Shown: positions 12,414 through 29,438, counted from the first letter of the stretch. The stretch is DNA of 64,000 nucleotides from Eledone cirrhosa (GCA_964016885.1 OZ024745.1:89962001-90026000); one strand, 5' to 3'. Notes: generated by a model not told the origin, from the sequence alone. A program made the numbers and translations.

Positions 12414-13150
12414 TATATATATATATATATATATGATGAGTGTGCCTGTATATATATGTAAATATATGTATAGGCACACTCATCATTATCATCATCATCC
12501 GGAGGCCTCAGCCGAAATGGACTCAACAACTGATCACCATGTGGGCCTGTTAGAAATACCTACACTTCACTTAATTAAAAGCTCAATATACTTCACCTTT
12601 ATCCATGGAAACGTGAAACAAAAAAAGAAAATCCAGTTAATTGTATACATCCATAGAGACATATTCCACATTTAATTGTTAAATATACAAGTTCATACAT
12701 TTAATTATTTCATCCTCTGATTGATTGGACAGCTACACTTTGCTCGACACTATTATACAATTTTATAATTGCTTCCATAATATTAAAGCTCCAAGACACA
12801 TCTCGTTTAGAATCTATAATAATAATTAATGTGAGTTTTGGGAACATTTATTCATAAATAACATTTGAAAAACAAAACAAAAAAGAAAGAAAGGAAAATA
12901 ATATAATGTAGAAAAGGAAGAGAAAAACTAAAAGAAAATGAAGGAAAATATGACAAGAACAACACAAATCTTGTTGGTGAGTCAGAGGTGACCAATTATC
13001 ATATCCAAGATCGACACTATTTTCTTCAAGCTGAACACAGTGGTCACCAACAACAATAAGGGATTGTATAGCCTCGTTGTAACCTTACAGACTTATAAGC
13101 TTTTATTAGTTCTGAAGAAATATTAAAGACAATTCATGCCATCTAAAAAA

Positions 13151-13204
<54 letters not shown>

Positions 13205-13206
<2 letters not shown>

Positions 13207-14066
13207 TAGCGAGGTTTTTTATATGAGGGTACTTGCAGAAACATGACAACAACATACATAGGTGAGACAGCTCGTAGCATAGGTGAAAGGATAGACCAAC
13301 ACTGGGGGGGAACTAAAAGGACGAAAAAACGGGTCAGTACTATACGAACATGCTAGACAACAACATGACGGTAACATAGACAACATAGAAATTAGAATAA
13401 TATCTAAACATAGGAATGACCCAGCAGATAGGAAAATCAGAGAGGCCAGTGAAATAGAAATTAGAAGACCAAAGCTAAACAGAAAGAATGAGTGGAACAA
13501 CAACAACACCCAAACAAACAACACTGACATAAGAGAAGTATAAATAAGTAAATAAAATAAAATAAAATAAGATAAATAAATACATACACAAGCACAATAA
13601 CAACAACCACATAAACACACACTAGTCACCCAGCAGACACAACACTATACACACTAGTCACACATCACACATAACACTATACACACACGCAAACGCATGC
13701 GCAAAGAAGACAAAATAAAATAAGATAAACAAACAAGCAAATAAATAAATAAATATATAGACAGACTGAATAAAAAATGGCGTAGACATACAACACAACA
13801 GGAGGAACAATGAATATAACACCCCTGACGATGTTGCAGATGTGCAACGAAAGATTTATGTAAATTATGTAAACTATATATATGTGTTTGTGTCTATATT
13901 GTATCTGTATTATTTTTGACCGCCGGTCAGTCAATGGCAACATTGAGGACCGAGTAAGTTAAATCGCAGATATAAAAGACAGCGAGAAGCGAAAACCAAC
14001 CAAACAGTGAGTGTGTTCTGTTATTAATTCTGGTAATATTACGCAAATATGACCCTCCCCAAATAT

Positions 14067-14072
<6 letters not shown>
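13205..14072 (+). mobile_element. 5'-truncated PLE: GIY-YIG fragment plus pLTR with a degenerate HHR (about 13822-13860)
   Basis: YIGETARSIGERIDQHWGEL...VLYEHARQQH...DPADRKIREASEIEIRRPKLNRKNEW. Motif CTGACGA-tgttgca/tgcaac-GAAA. Flanked by (AT)n. Confidence 0.8.
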
Positions 14073-14133
<61 letters not shown>

Positions 14134-15846
14134 CAAGTTATATTTAATTTGTTCGGATTCCAACAAATTAAAAGTTTATAACTGTTATAGAGCACTCAAT
14201 AGTTACTGGAATAAATATTCAATATATTAATAAATGGAAACTATATTTATAAAACTATAATTATTTTATTATATATATTTCAAAGGCAACCAATCCAATC
14301 TTGGTGCGCTTTCATCAGATAAAATACAAAATTTGTTTTATATATAGTGACATAACCATGGAAAACAACCTTGACGGTTGAAAATTCGCTGGATAGTGAG
14401 AATTTGTTAATGGGAATTCAAAGTTATGTGTGCATATGCAAAGGAATGTCCGAACATTTGAAAAAAACAGCCGTTTATTTAAATTACGCTGTGGGATGAA
14501 GAGAGAGAAAAGTAAAATATTAGTATATGTAGAAATGGAGTGAAGAAATAGAGTGAAGAGAGAGCGAAGAAAGAAGCTTATCCGAGGATGATCTCATATA
14601 ACGTAAATAAGTCTTATGTTTATGTTACATAATTATGTTACGTATATTTACTCTTTTACCTGTTTCAGCCATCCGGCTGTTAGAATTCTATTATAATAAA
14701 TATTTAATTACTATTATAAGTATATAGAATATTAGATATATAGAAAAAATAAGGATATATTAAAATATATTAAAATATATTTAAAAATAGATGTTTTTAA
14801 TGTTTTACATTGGAAAAATATTGAAAATCCCAGTTTTGTATTTATTAGTTATTATGAGATAATTTTGACAAAGATATGTTTAAAGATATATTTAGCCAGA
14901 GTTAGTTATTGGTTATAACTCGAATATTAAATAATTAAAAAATAAAAATTTATTAAAAGTATAAGAAAATATTAAAATCATTGAAAAATTAAGATTATAA
15001 AGTATTAAAAATTATAGACAAAATTCTTGAAAATTCTGGAAAAACTTTCAAAGAGATTTTTAAAGGACCTCAAAAAAACCCAGAAGATACTCAAAAGCCT
15101 TTTAAAAAACATTTAAAAAGTGTTTAAAATTAATTAAAAACCTAAAATTATTCAGGAAATATAATTAAAAACCTAAAATTATTCAGAAAATATAAAGAAA
15201 TATTAAGAAATATTTTTAAATACTTTAAAATATTTTAAAATATTTAAAATTATTAGAAAAATACTAAAAAATATATTCAAAATATTAAAATAACCCAAAT
15301 AATCCTTAAAAAAATATTTTTGTTGGAAATAAGTAATTTTAAAAAAAAATTTAAGTAATTTTTCTAAAAAGATTATGAGATATTTTGGAAGATAAATAAA
15401 GATAAAAAAATAAAGATATTTAAGAAGTAAAAATATTAAAAAGTAAAGATTTAAGAAGTAAATTATATATATTTAAGAAGTAAAAGATATTAAAATTAGA
15501 ATTACATTAAATTTAAATTTAAAGATTTAGAATTTATGAACATATATGCATATAATTTAAGAAATGAAATTATAGGTGTTTGGATAAAGTAAATATTATG
15601 TAGAAAAGATTAAACGTGTAATTATATTTTATATATAGACCTAAAAGTTGAGTTTTATCGATGCTTACAAAAACTAAATAAATTGTTACGTAAATGGAGT
15701 TCTTACATTTAAGTATGAAGAAAATTTCCTCAACACACAATTTGCAAAATTTGGATAAAGCTGTGTTTCTGTTAAATATAACTTCTACATATATTTAGCT
15801 CCTTTATTGTTGAGCACTTTAAATTATAACTGATAATTAAATAATT

Positions 15847-16028
15847 GTTTCTACTTTTGGCACAAGGCCAGCAATTATCCCATTGTATTACTGATACTTT
15901 ATTTTATCGACCCCGTATGGATGAAAGGCAAAGTTAACCTCGGCGGGATTTGAACTCAGTCTGTAAAGGGACGTAACTGTGCTGCAAAGCATGGCGCTCG
16001 ACCCTCTACCGATACTGCCAATTCACCG
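15847..16028 (-). mobile_element. tRNA-derived SINE inserted just upstream of the PLE ORF
   Basis: Same family as 11890-12078. Confidence 0.88.
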
Positions 16029-16033
16029 AAATA

Positions 16034-18182
16034 ATGGAATTCTTTAAGATCTCGTCTTCTCTAAAAGACATACCTCTACCTAAGAATAAGGACTAAAAAA
16101 TCATTGAGAAATCTGACTCCTTTATGAAAAGACTTAGATGGTGTGCCTTCCATATCGATAGAAAATCAGATGAAAAAACAAATAAATCCAACTTCGATAT
16201 GATCTTCAAATCCAAGAAAAATCCACCTAACAACAAACTATTGATGGAATTTGAAAATGAAATAATATCAATTATGCAAAACATCAAATTCAAGTAAAAC
16301 CAATTCGTAGGCCAGGAATACCTTAAAGGCCTTAAGAATAATATAGAAAATCTTGAAAAAACTGAGAAAATTCTCGTTAAATCTGACAAAACCAACAATC
16401 TATATAGAATGCAAAAGGACGAATATAATAATCTTATATTTAAGGAACTAAGGAAAAGCTACAAAATAACAACCAATGATGACCTTGAAATGCTAAATAG
16501 AGAAGCTTCTGATATAATTCATAAATTAGGCATCGAAAATAGGATCGAACCCTTTATACCTAGAAAACCAAAAATTTATTTGAAAGACCACAAAAGAAAC
16601 TTTGAAATAGAATTACCAGTTAGACTTATAGCACCATCTAAATCAGACATAAGCATAGTTATTAAACATATATTAAATAGAATCATACCGCAACTTAAAG
16701 AAGTATCTTACTTAAAACTATGGAACGGTACTAATGAAGTTATAGATTGGTTCAATGACATAAAATATAAGCATAACAAAAAATTCATTCAATTGGATAT
16801 TGCAAATTACTACTCATCTATCACTCCTAATTTACTTAATAAAGCCCTTTGTCTACGCATGTAAATATACTGATTTATCTAGTGATGAAATGCATATCAT
16901 TTTAACTGCACCAGAAACCTTAATTAAATTCAACAACCATCTTTGGACCAGAGTAGATAGAGATAATGATTGCGATATCACTATGGGGTCATCAGACTCG
17001 GCGCAAATAACAGATCTTGTGGGGCTTTTTTATTAACAATACACTACATAGAAAACTACTGGAGATGACCGGTGGTTTCTATAGTGATGATATGCTGCTG
17101 TTAATTGAAAATAATAATAATTATGAAATTAATAGAAAAAGAAAATCAATAATACAATTTTTTAATTAGAAATAGAGAATAATTATAAAATTGTTAACTT
17201 TTTAGACGTAACATTACTATCCATTCCATAAAATTAATGAGAACTTAAACTATGTTAGCTTCAACTCTATTCATCCTAGCTCCATTAAGAACACTATCGT
17301 AAATTCTGTACAACAACGTATTTCTTGAATCTCAGCGAATAAAAATATATTTGAAGATAAGGCACAATATTATAACGAAGCTTTACGTAGAGCAGGCTAT
17401 ATAAATGAAATTAAATACATCGATAACAATGATAAGGCAATTAACCATAATATTAATTATAATTATAATAAGAAACCTAGCATAAACTCTAAAACTAACA
17501 GAAGAAATAGAACTAGAAACATAATCTGGTATGCTCCTCCATTTTCACTAAGTATTAAAACACATTTAGCTAAACTATCTTTTAAAGCTCTTGATAAATG
17601 TCTTCCCAAGGCCCATAGATATTACTCAATCTTTAACATACATACAATTAAACTATCTTACTCTACTACTATGAACCTAGCAGAAAATATAAATAGAATC
17701 AATAATAGAAATCTAAACCTTAACCCGAATAGCACTAATAGCAGCAATATCCAATATAATAATACTGTTCCGAACAATATAAACTCTGATAAATTTAATT
17801 GTAGAATTAAATCTAACTGTCCTTTAAAAAATAACTGTTTAGTTAAAAATGTGGTCTATAAATGCAATGTCAAAACCAATGATAATAATTTTAACTATGT
17901 TGGCTCAAATTCTATTGTCTTTAAACCTCGTTTCAATAAATGTTCGTTTAATAATATTGGAAAAAAATCTTCAATTTCTCTATCCACTTGATATGGAACT
18001 TAAAATCCAAAAATAGAGACTATTCTTTAACTTGGAATGTAATTTCTTGGGCACCCGCTTACAATAACACAGCTTTATCCAAATTTTGCAAATTGCGTGT
18101 TGAGGAAATTTTCTTCATACTTAAATGTAAGAACTCCATTAATTTACGTAACAATTTATTTAGTTCTTGTAAACATCGATAA
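16034..18182 (+). pseudogene. Degraded Naiad-type PLE RT-GIY-YIG ORF (multiple stops and frameshifts)
   Basis: SLKDIPLP...IIEKSDSFMKRLRW, VKSDKTNNLY, PVRLIAPSKS, IQLDIANYYSSI, DITMGSSDSAQITDLVGL, FYSDD, CRIKSNCPLKNNCLVKNVVYKC, YVGS, IWNLK...WNVI...C...EE...NLRNNLFSSCKHR. Confidence 0.88.
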
Positions 18183-19750
18183 AACTCAACTTTTAGGTCT
18201 ATATATAAAATATAATTACACGTTTAATCTTTTCTACATAATGTTTACTTTATCCAAACACCTATAATTTCATTTCTTAAATTATATACATATATGTTCA
18301 TAAATTCTAAATCTTTAAATTTAAATTTAATGTAATTCTAATTTTAATATCTTTTACTTCTTAAATATATATAATTTACTTCTTAAATCTTTACTTTTTA
18401 ATATTTTTACTTCTTAAATATCATTATTTTTTATCTTTATTTATCTTGCTTCCAAAATATCTCATAATCTTTTTAGAAAAATTACCTAAATTTCCAAAAA
18501 AAATATTTTTTTAAGGATTATTTGGGTTATTTTAATATTTTTAATATATTTTTTAGTATTGTTCTAATAATTTTAAATATTGTAAAATATTTTTAAGTAT
18601 TTTAAAATATTTCTTAATATTATTTCTTAATATTTATTTATATTTTCTGAATACTTTTAGGTTCTTAATTATATTTCCTGAATAATTTTACGTTTTTAAT
18701 TAATTTTAAACACTTTTTAAATGTTTTTTAAAAGGTTTTTGAGTATCTTCGGGGTTTTTTTGAGATCCTTTAAACATCTCTTTGAAAGTTTTTCCAGAAT
18801 TTTCAAGAATTTTGTCTAGAGTTTTTAATACTTTATAATTTTAATATTTCAATGGTTTTAATATTTTCTTATACTCTTAATAATTTTTATTTTTTTAATT
18901 ATTTAATTTTAGAGTTATAACCAATAACTCACACTGGCTAAATATATCTTTAATATATCTTCAAACATAACTTTGTCAAAATTATCTCATAATAACTAAT
19001 AAATAAACATGTAAAACATAAGTAAAAGTAATGTAAAACAAATGTAAAACATTAAAAACATATCAGTAATCTTATTAACTCAGTTAATTTAATTTAATTT
19101 AATTTAAATACTTACACTAAATATAAACTAATATCCCTCATAATTTATCATCTATAACATGATATATCCATCTATCCACTCATATATCTATTCTTATATC
19201 TATCCTTATATCAATATTTTAAATGTATTTTTTTATATATTTTAATATATTTTAATATATTTTAATATATCCTTATTTTTTCTTTATATTTAATTTTCTA
19301 TATACATATAATAGTAATTAAATATTTATTATAATAGAATTCTAACAATTATTAGTAAATATACGTAACATAAATATGTAACATAAACATAAAACTTATT
19401 TACGTTATATAAGATCATCCTCGTATAAGCTTCTTTCTTCGCTCTTTCTTCACTCTATTTCTTCACTCTATTTCTACATATACTAATATTTTACTTTTCT
19501 CTCTCTTCTTCCCACAGCGTAATTTAAATAAACACTTGTTTTTTTCAATTTTTTTGGACATTCCTTTGCATATGCACACATAACTTTGAATTTCCCTTAA
19601 TAAATTTTCACTATCCAGCGAATTTTCAACCGTCAAGGTTGTTTTCCATGGTTATGTCACTATATATAAAACAAATTTTGTATTTTATCTGATGAAAGCG
19701 CACCAAGATTGGCTTGGTTGCCCTTGAAATATATATAATAAAATAATTAT

Positions 19751-19814
<64 letters not shown>

Positions 19815-19821
<7 letters not shown>

Positions 19822-20775
19822 ACTAGAAATTGATTAACATATAAATAAACATGAATAATCACAGGAGATAATGTTTACAAGTGTGTAAGCACACATAGAT
19901 AGGTAGGTAACTAAATAAAGTTAACCAGAACTTCAATCATATTATAAGGTATCTATTTTTGAAGTTCTGGTTAACTTTATTTAGTTACCTACCTAGCTAT
20001 GTGTGCTTACACACTTGTAAAATTTATCCCCTGTGATTATTCATGTTTATTTATATGTTAATCAATTTCTAGTTATTATAAAATGCTCGGACTTATTCGT
20101 TAGAATCTTAGAGCTTATTTTGCGGGTGATATGGCGCATGTCTTTCTGGCATGACACCCATAATTTTGATTTAGATTAAATTCATTTTGATTTATCTTTA
20201 TTTTGGATATAGATATATGAATACGGCTCCTTAATTGTAGAGCTAACTCTGTTGAAAGGACTTGACTGCTGTTTCTAGTTGCCCATAACCGTATTCACGC
20301 CACTGGGACGAAGCTGGTATGATGTATGTATTTCTAGTAGATACAGCACGTGTTGCTGGCCAGTCGCTGATTTGAACTTGAACTGTAAACATAGATCGCT
20401 GAAACTTCTTCCTTGTTGAAAATCCAAGTATCGGCATCCGTGGTTTACCATTCAATTAATTGGTTAAATATATTTCTTTAATGGAATATATACAGGGAAG
20501 ATTAATCATATTATAAGGTATCTATTTTTGAAGTTCTGGTTAATTTTATTTAGTTACCTACCTAGCTATGTGTGCTTACACACTTGTAACATTTATCCCC
20601 TGTGATTATTCATGTTTATTTATATGTTAATCAATTTCTAGTTATTATAAAATTTCCGGACCTATTCGTTAGAATCTTAGAACTTATTTTGCGGGTGATA
20701 TGGCGCATGTCTTTCTGGCATGACACCCATAAATTTGATTTAGATTAAATTCATTTTGATTTATCTTAATTTTGG

Positions 20776-20780
<5 letters not shown>
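19815..20780. repeat. Non-coding element: inverted partial copy plus ~570-bp-period partial tandem repeat
   Basis: 19815-19936 is inverted against 19959-20080. 19935-20210 is repeated at 20504-20780. Flanked by (AT)n. Confidence 0.8.
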
Positions 20781-20802
<22 letters not shown>

Positions 20803-20806
<4 letters not shown>

Positions 20807-21265
20807 CAATATCGGAGAAAGCTTTTTAGCGATACTCCGGCCAAATTCCAACTGACTCAACAAGCATTAGGAAATAAGTGATTATATTCCCAATTATACG
20901 TTCGGGGTGCTAACTAAAATTATTGCGTGGAAAATTGGCTGTATTATTTCATATGAGACATATCTAATATATCTCTTCCCAGACGGACGTCTCGTTTCAT
21001 TATAGGATTCCTACAATTTGGGTGAAATTATACCAATTTATGTAGGAGCTTGTATACCATCAATAGATATATATTCAAGTGGGATCCTATAATTCATCAG
21101 TGGGTGCCCCAATAATACTAATATTGATAATCTAACCAACATCAGTATTTAGCGATAATCATCATCCTCTGTGCCTGAGGTATCTGTCAGGTTGCCAGTC
21201 CAGCAGTTTTAAAGAAGTGCTCAAACTGATTTAAAAAATGAGGAAGTAAATTACCTAAAAGAAAA
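20803..21265 (-). mobile_element. Branched-stem-II HHR family copy (HHR at 20978-21104, minus)
   Basis: Reverse complement: ccca-CTGATGA-attataggat...atcctataat-GAAAC-gagacgtcc-GTC-tggg. Downstream gttagcaccccgaac...tcctaatgcttgttgagt matches 6127-6187. Confidence 0.78.
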
Positions 21266-21338
21266 TATATATATATATGTGCGTATGTGTGTGTGTGGGG
21301 GGGGGGGTTGTGTTTAGCAAGGTTTGGAAACATAATAG

Positions 21339-21512
21339 TGTTTCTACTTTTGGCACAAGGCCAGCGATTACCCCCAATGGACCACTGATATTTTATTTTA
21401 TCGACCTCGTAAGGATGAAAGGCAAAGTTAACCTCGGCGTATTTGAACTCAAAGGGCCATAACTATGCTGCAAAGCATGGTGTCTGACGCTCTACCGATA
21501 CTGCCAAACCAC
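21339..21512 (-). mobile_element. tRNA-derived SINE
   Basis: Same family as 11890-12078. Confidence 0.85.
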
Positions 21513-21514
21513 AT

Positions 21515-21752
21515 AATAGTACCACTGATGATGTCACAGATGTGACGAAAGAAGTTTGATAGACTATATATATATATTTATATCTGTGTTTGAACCGTTG
21601 GTCAATCATTGATAAACATTGATTGCCAGATAAATTGACGATGGAGATATAAAAGATACGGAAGCGAAAACTAATCCAAACCAAACTGAGTGTGTTCTGT
21701 TATTATTTCTGGCAATATTATAACAATATGACCCTCCCCAAATATAACAATA
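21515..21752 (+). mobile_element. PLE pLTR end with HHR-like motif (21521-21560)
   Basis: acca-CTGATGA-tgtcaca/tgtgac-GAAA; homologous to 13822-14072. Confidence 0.7.
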
Positions 21753-21761
21753 TATATATAT

Positions 21762-23030
21762 ATATTGTTATACTTTTGGAGGGTCATGCTGCCAATGAAA
21801 ACACGCACCTGTTTCAGTTTGTTATGAATTTTCGGTTGGTTGTTTATAGATGGTTGTTTATATATTACCAAAGCTCTTTCGTCACACATTCTGTGACCTC
21901 CTCGGTGACTAGGTTTTTATTTTATCTCTCTCCTTTGTTCTATCCTACACCATCTTGCTTTTGTATGTTGTGTGATGTGTGCTTAGTTTGCATATGCGTT
22001 ACATCCGTCTGTGTGTGTGTTTATTTATTTGTTTATTTACTTATAATTAGTTGGTTGTTTGTTCTATCAGTGTGTGTCTGATTTGTTTTGTTAGATTGGT
22101 TTCTGTGTGTCTCTGTATATCTTTATTTTGTCCTTAATTACTAGGTGTGATGTTGCTATTCCACTCGTGTTTTCTGTTTAATTTTGTTTGGAGTTCATTT
22201 ATGTTTGTCACCTCTGTGATTTGTCTGAGCATTGCATCTTTTCTGTGTGTGGATATAATTTTTATATCTATCTTCTTCAATGTGCCTCTATGTCCTATTT
22301 TGGCATGTTGGTGGAGTACTGATTAGTTTTTCCAAACCTGGAGTTCTCGCCAGTGTTCACTTATCCTTTTTCCTATGCTACGGGCTGTTTCACCTATGTA
22401 TGTTATGTTCTTATTCCTACACTGTCCCTAAGTATATCTTATGCTATATACTACGTTCCTAGTTTTGCAGTTAGTGTGTGGGATTAGCTTGCAGGCTATG
22501 CATTACCTATCAGCACAGAAGGATCTTTAAAATGGGTATGTATTACTAATTACGGTTTTTAATGGAGACCTGGTCTTTCAACTATCTTGATATTTAATTT
22601 GAGCTTGTCTAGGGTCCTTCTAAATTTGTAAGCTAGTTCGCTTCTAGGGGTTGTATTGACGAACATTACACTCTGGTATTTCTTGCTATCATACCATGAG
22701 TTAATTTTATTTGCCTTATTCCTAATCCTTTCAGTTCTGTTCCAAAATTTGCTCCTATACGTGGGACAAGTCCTATTTGCATTATTTTCTAAAATGTGTG
22801 CCCATTTTGTTCTGGCTCTTTTATATACCCTGTAGCCAGAGAACTGCGGTGGATGAAGTATTGTATGTGTCTCTCTAATACTTTAGGGCTGCACATTCCG
22901 GACACGTTCTTCATCATTCGTACTAAGTCCGCAATTAGTATGTTGATTTTTATGTAATCCGAAACAACGAGGTTTCGGTGGATCAGGTATTTGGAGGTCA
23001 TGGCTTTTGCATAATGTGAATGGACGATTT
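21762..23030 (-). mobile_element. Degraded 5'-truncated PLE (thumb/linker/GIY-YIG plus pLTR; HHR-like motif 21867-21909 with CCGAGGA core)
   Basis: Reverse-complement fragments TYRSKFWNRTERIRNK...WYDSKKYQSVMFVNTTPRSELA, YIGETARSIGKRISEHW, INRKHEW. The tail matches 6285-6710. Confidence 0.75.
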
Positions 23031-23038
23031 GTGTTCTA

Positions 23039-23100
<62 letters not shown>

Positions 23101-24147
23101 CTCTGATCGAGACGAACCGAGGGTGTATTTGAAATTTGAATACATATAAAAATGAGAAAAACTCATCGCTAGAATAGCCGTTAGAACACCCAAATGCTGT
23201 CAAGGACAGCGATGCGCAAAATGCATCAAAGGACAGAAACCAGTAGCCAGTAGTCAACAGAGAGACAATCCACATGGTGGGTGCAAGCAGATGAAATATA
23301 GAAAATATTGAAAGAGGGGGAGAACGGGGAGAAGTGTTCTGGCGCACAGAAGTGACTGGAAGAAGAAAAATGTTAAATGGTACGCTCAATTAAAACGTGC
23401 GAAACCATTTTGCTGGTTTGAGAGCTGATGAGGGTGAAGATGTGGGTGCGTAAACTTGTCTTGTACGTTACCTTTCTAGTTCTGAAAAAATTAATATTAT
23501 CAGATTCCACAATATTATATTTGTGATAAAATCAATGGAATGCAGTTTTGCATCTGTCATGTCACTTCATTTGTTTTATAACATAAACCATCGTACTATC
23601 GTATCGTTCATTTCATTTAAGATATACACGCCATTTTAACTATGTCGGAAAGGAACTCGATAAGACTAAGTCAATAATATCATTTTTTTACTAGAGAAAT
23701 CTTGCAAAATATTTTATTTTAAAACTGGTAACATTTTTGTCATTCATAATTTTATTAGTTTCATTTATTCAAATACAGTTATTTCAAATCATTTGTTTAT
23801 TTATACGTATTTTGATGTTTTTGAATAGAAAACATAATATACTAGCGTGTGTACGGTTTTGTCCAACATAAGTTCCATCACAATATATTTTTAGTGATAA
23901 CTCATGTAATGTTATTGTTTTATTTTCCTTCCATCTAATAAAATGTCTTAAGAAATGCAAGTGACAAACAGAAATTTACTTGATCGAATAGGCAGAATTC
24001 TTTTTTAAAAAAATAAATTCTGTTTTTGGCAGTTATTATTTTTTTTTATTTTTTACTTGCGATTCCTTCTATTCACTTTTATCGCTCTGGTTTCTATTTA
24101 TTTATTTCAACTCCGAAATTTCACTTTGAAGCCGTTGTTTTGTTTTG

Positions 24148-26245
<2,098 letters not shown>

Positions 26246-26299
26246 TTTTTTCTATAGCCTTAGATTTTCGCTCAAACCTTCGTAGATTTTGTAAACAAA

Positions 26300-26718
26300 T
26301 TATGACGTCATATGTTTTTCTACGTTTATAAATCATTCTAGCAATTTCCTTGATTTACTTGATGATAAAAATATAAATTAAATAGTATACCGCACATATA
26401 TAGATTTTTAATAGAAATTTTTAATTTTAACATAGAATATTTTTATTTTTTTATTTTATTTTATTTTATTTTATGAAAAAATGTTTATACTTATTTGAAT
26501 TTAATTTAATTTTTTTTATTTTATTTTATTAATACATTTTTACACTTCTTAATCCAATTTTTAGTATTTAAAACTAATATAAAATAATATACCTAGTTTT
26601 TTACATTTTAGACCTCTAATATTTGAATACATTCTATAATATTCGCACATACACCTCATCAATTTACTTTTTAACCGTTATTTACAGCTTGTTTCATTTT
26701 GACAACGTTCCTGATCAA

Positions 26719-26787
<69 letters not shown>

Positions 26788-27056
26788 ATTTTTTTCCTTT
26801 TTTTCCCTTTTTTCCTCTCTTCTCTTTCTTTTTCCTTTTTCTTTCCTTTTCTTCTATTTTCCTATCTTTTCTTATTCTTATATTTCTGTCATGTGTAGAC
26901 TTTGCACTTTCCTGTTGACAAGTGTTTTTAGGCCTCATATCATGTTACCTTATTTTATCTGATGAGAATACAATTTTTGTCCCAGGATGATGTTGTTTTC
27001 GAAATGCGTATAATAAAATATATGGAACTTTTTTAACCATCTTTTAATTTCTTCTT
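26300..27056 (+). mobile_element. PLE 3' tail/pLTR with HHR at 26951-27020 (family of 1395-1495)
   Basis: tattttat-CTGATGA-gaatacaa/ttgttttc-GAAA-T-gcgt-A-TA-ataaaata, then tggaact...ttaaccatctttt as at 1468-1490. Confidence 0.72.
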
Positions 27057-28077
27057 ATATATATATATATATTATATGTGTGTGTGTGTGTATAATTTCG
27101 AGCTTAATGAGTTTATGTCATTTGAAATAGAAACAGAAAGTCATTAATATAATGGTACATCTTTTTCTTTTTTCTAGGGTTGCTAAATCTAGAGCAATGT
27201 GGTAATCATATATAGTGATATCCAGAATTTGATAATATTTTGTTATCCTCTCTATTTTTTCTCTTTTCCCTAAATTAGACATAACAGAGGCATTACCATA
27301 TATACTAAAATATTAACTGATCTAAATATAATCTAAACTCCTATGTTATGCCTGAGAAATGGGCAAAAATCGAAAACCCGTTTATTAGCTGAGGTAGCTC
27401 ATCAACACATTATGTTTAGATGGTGTGGTTTTGAAATACTCATGAGTATAAAATATATTTATGAAGTTTTAATATTTTGATGTTTAAACTGTTTTAAGTG
27501 TCGTTTAAAATATAGTTTTTGTTTCACAACTCCATTATGTAATGCATTTTTACCATTTCATTCGTTTTATAATTTCAACAAGTTTCTCAAATTTTTATTT
27601 ACTTCTGGCCACTCACATACTGGGAGTAGTTGAAAGTAAACAATCGAATAAGAGAACCTTGTATAGGAATTCATTGAGTAGAAGTGGGAGAGAGAGACAG
27701 CAAGTAAGAGAGAGTGGATAGATAGATCAAGAAAAAGAGAGCAAGAGAGAGCAATAAAATAAAATCAGATTTCGATCTTACGTTTTTAAGCATTATAGGG
27801 GTGCAGATGAAAACATGTTCATTTTAGTAGACTTGCTATCAAAGAAAATTATTTTTTCGTAACAAAGCAATTTATGTATCTCTATTTTCCTCTAGTAATA
27901 TATAACAGAGTTGCCAGTTCACTCAAGGGTGCCAGACAGTGTTGTTTCAAGATTTGTTAATCTTTCATCAGTGACACACATTCAATCCATACTGGCATGG
28001 AAATAGACTAAAGTCTCTATAAAATTTTGCAGGTTGTTGTTTTAAATGTCCACTTTCCCTGCTAGCAAGAGTTGGAC

Positions 28078-28130
<53 letters not shown>

Positions 28131-28552
28131 TCATCTTTTCTGAGGACGGCATGTATATGTGAAGGTATGTATATTTCCTCTGATATTTGTAATATTTTTA
28201 CATACATCTATATGATATACATACCAACACACATATACATCCCAGAAATGATCGTAAAATGATGAATTTTTTAATATAAGGAACTTGTTCATTGTTTTTA
28301 TTTCATTGATTTTATTAATTTATATATATATATATATATTAGAAAGTGGTTTTTTTTTTACAAAATGAAAAATAACCGAGGTGTCCTACACGAGTGAAAG
28401 TATAAAAAAAAAAAGATGAAATCGAAAATGCAACTGGAGTCTTATTTTTTTAAAATATATATTACCTCCTACACATATATACATATATATATACATATAT
28501 ATATACATACATACAACCATACATACATATATATATGTATGTATGTATGTAT

Positions 28553-28554
<2 letters not shown>

Positions 28555-28584
<30 letters not shown>

Positions 28585-28781
28585 AAGAAGAAGAAGAAGA
28601 AGAAGAAGAAGAAGAAGAAGAAGAAGAAGAAGAAGAAGAAGAAGAAGGCATCCCAAGTGTGCCAAAGAAGAAGAAGAAAAAGAAGAAGAAGAAGAAGAAG
28701 AAGAAGAAGAAGAAGAAGAAGAAGAAGAAGAAGAAGAAGAAGAAGAAGAAGAAGAAGAAGAAGAAGAAGAAGAAGAAGAAG
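28555..28781. repeat. Two (AAG)n tracts separated by a short spacer
   Basis: Directly visible. Confidence 0.97.
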
Positions 28782-28981
28782 CGTTATTTCTTCATGATAG
28801 CTTTCGACACCAAAAGAATATCAAGTTGTAGAAGGTGGAATAATTTCAAAAAGGAAGTATAAAAAAGAATTATTGCAAAAACGAAACGAAAACAAAACAA
28901 AAGAAAATTTGAAAAATTACCAAAATAAAAATGAATTTTTTTATTCATCAGGTTTTTTAGATTTTTATCAGAATATATATC

Positions 28982-29032
<51 letters not shown>

Positions 29033-29070
29033 GTGTGAGTGTGTGTGACCTTATATATAATATATATAAT

Positions 29071-29246
29071 TGTTTCTACTATTGGCACAAAGCCAGCAAT
29101 TACCAGTACATTACTGGTACTTTATTTTATCGACGCCGTAAGTATGAAAGGCAAAGTTAACCTCGGTGGGATTTGAACTCAGAATGGCAAGGTCTGTAAC
29201 TGTATGCGTCAGAAGCAAGGCGTCTGGCCCTCTACCGATACTGCAA
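29071..29246 (-). mobile_element. tRNA-derived SINE
   Basis: Same family as 11890-12078. Confidence 0.85.
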
Positions 29247-29381
29247 TGAGTGATAGCGGGAGAAAGAGAGAGATGTAGCCGCATACAAAATCAAGAATGG
29301 ATGCGTATGTTTTCTAAATCACATTTATATAAATATATAAATTGTACATATGTATGCTTGATAACTCATACACACATACAG

Positions 29382-29434
<53 letters not shown>

Positions 29435-29438
<4 letters not shown>

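Larger units (their letters stand above)
14133..19755 (+). mobile_element. Naiad-type Penelope-like element with ~1.5-kb inverted 3' copy at its 5' side
   Basis: About 14255-15767 is the reverse complement of about 18064-19750. HHRs at 14262-14326(-) and 19681-19745(+). Both ends abut (AT)n. Confidence 0.88.

Noticed and set aside
28462-28862. Poly-K/R/E/L/S ORFs (also 41421-41885)
   Set aside because: Reading frames of (AAG)n microsatellites.
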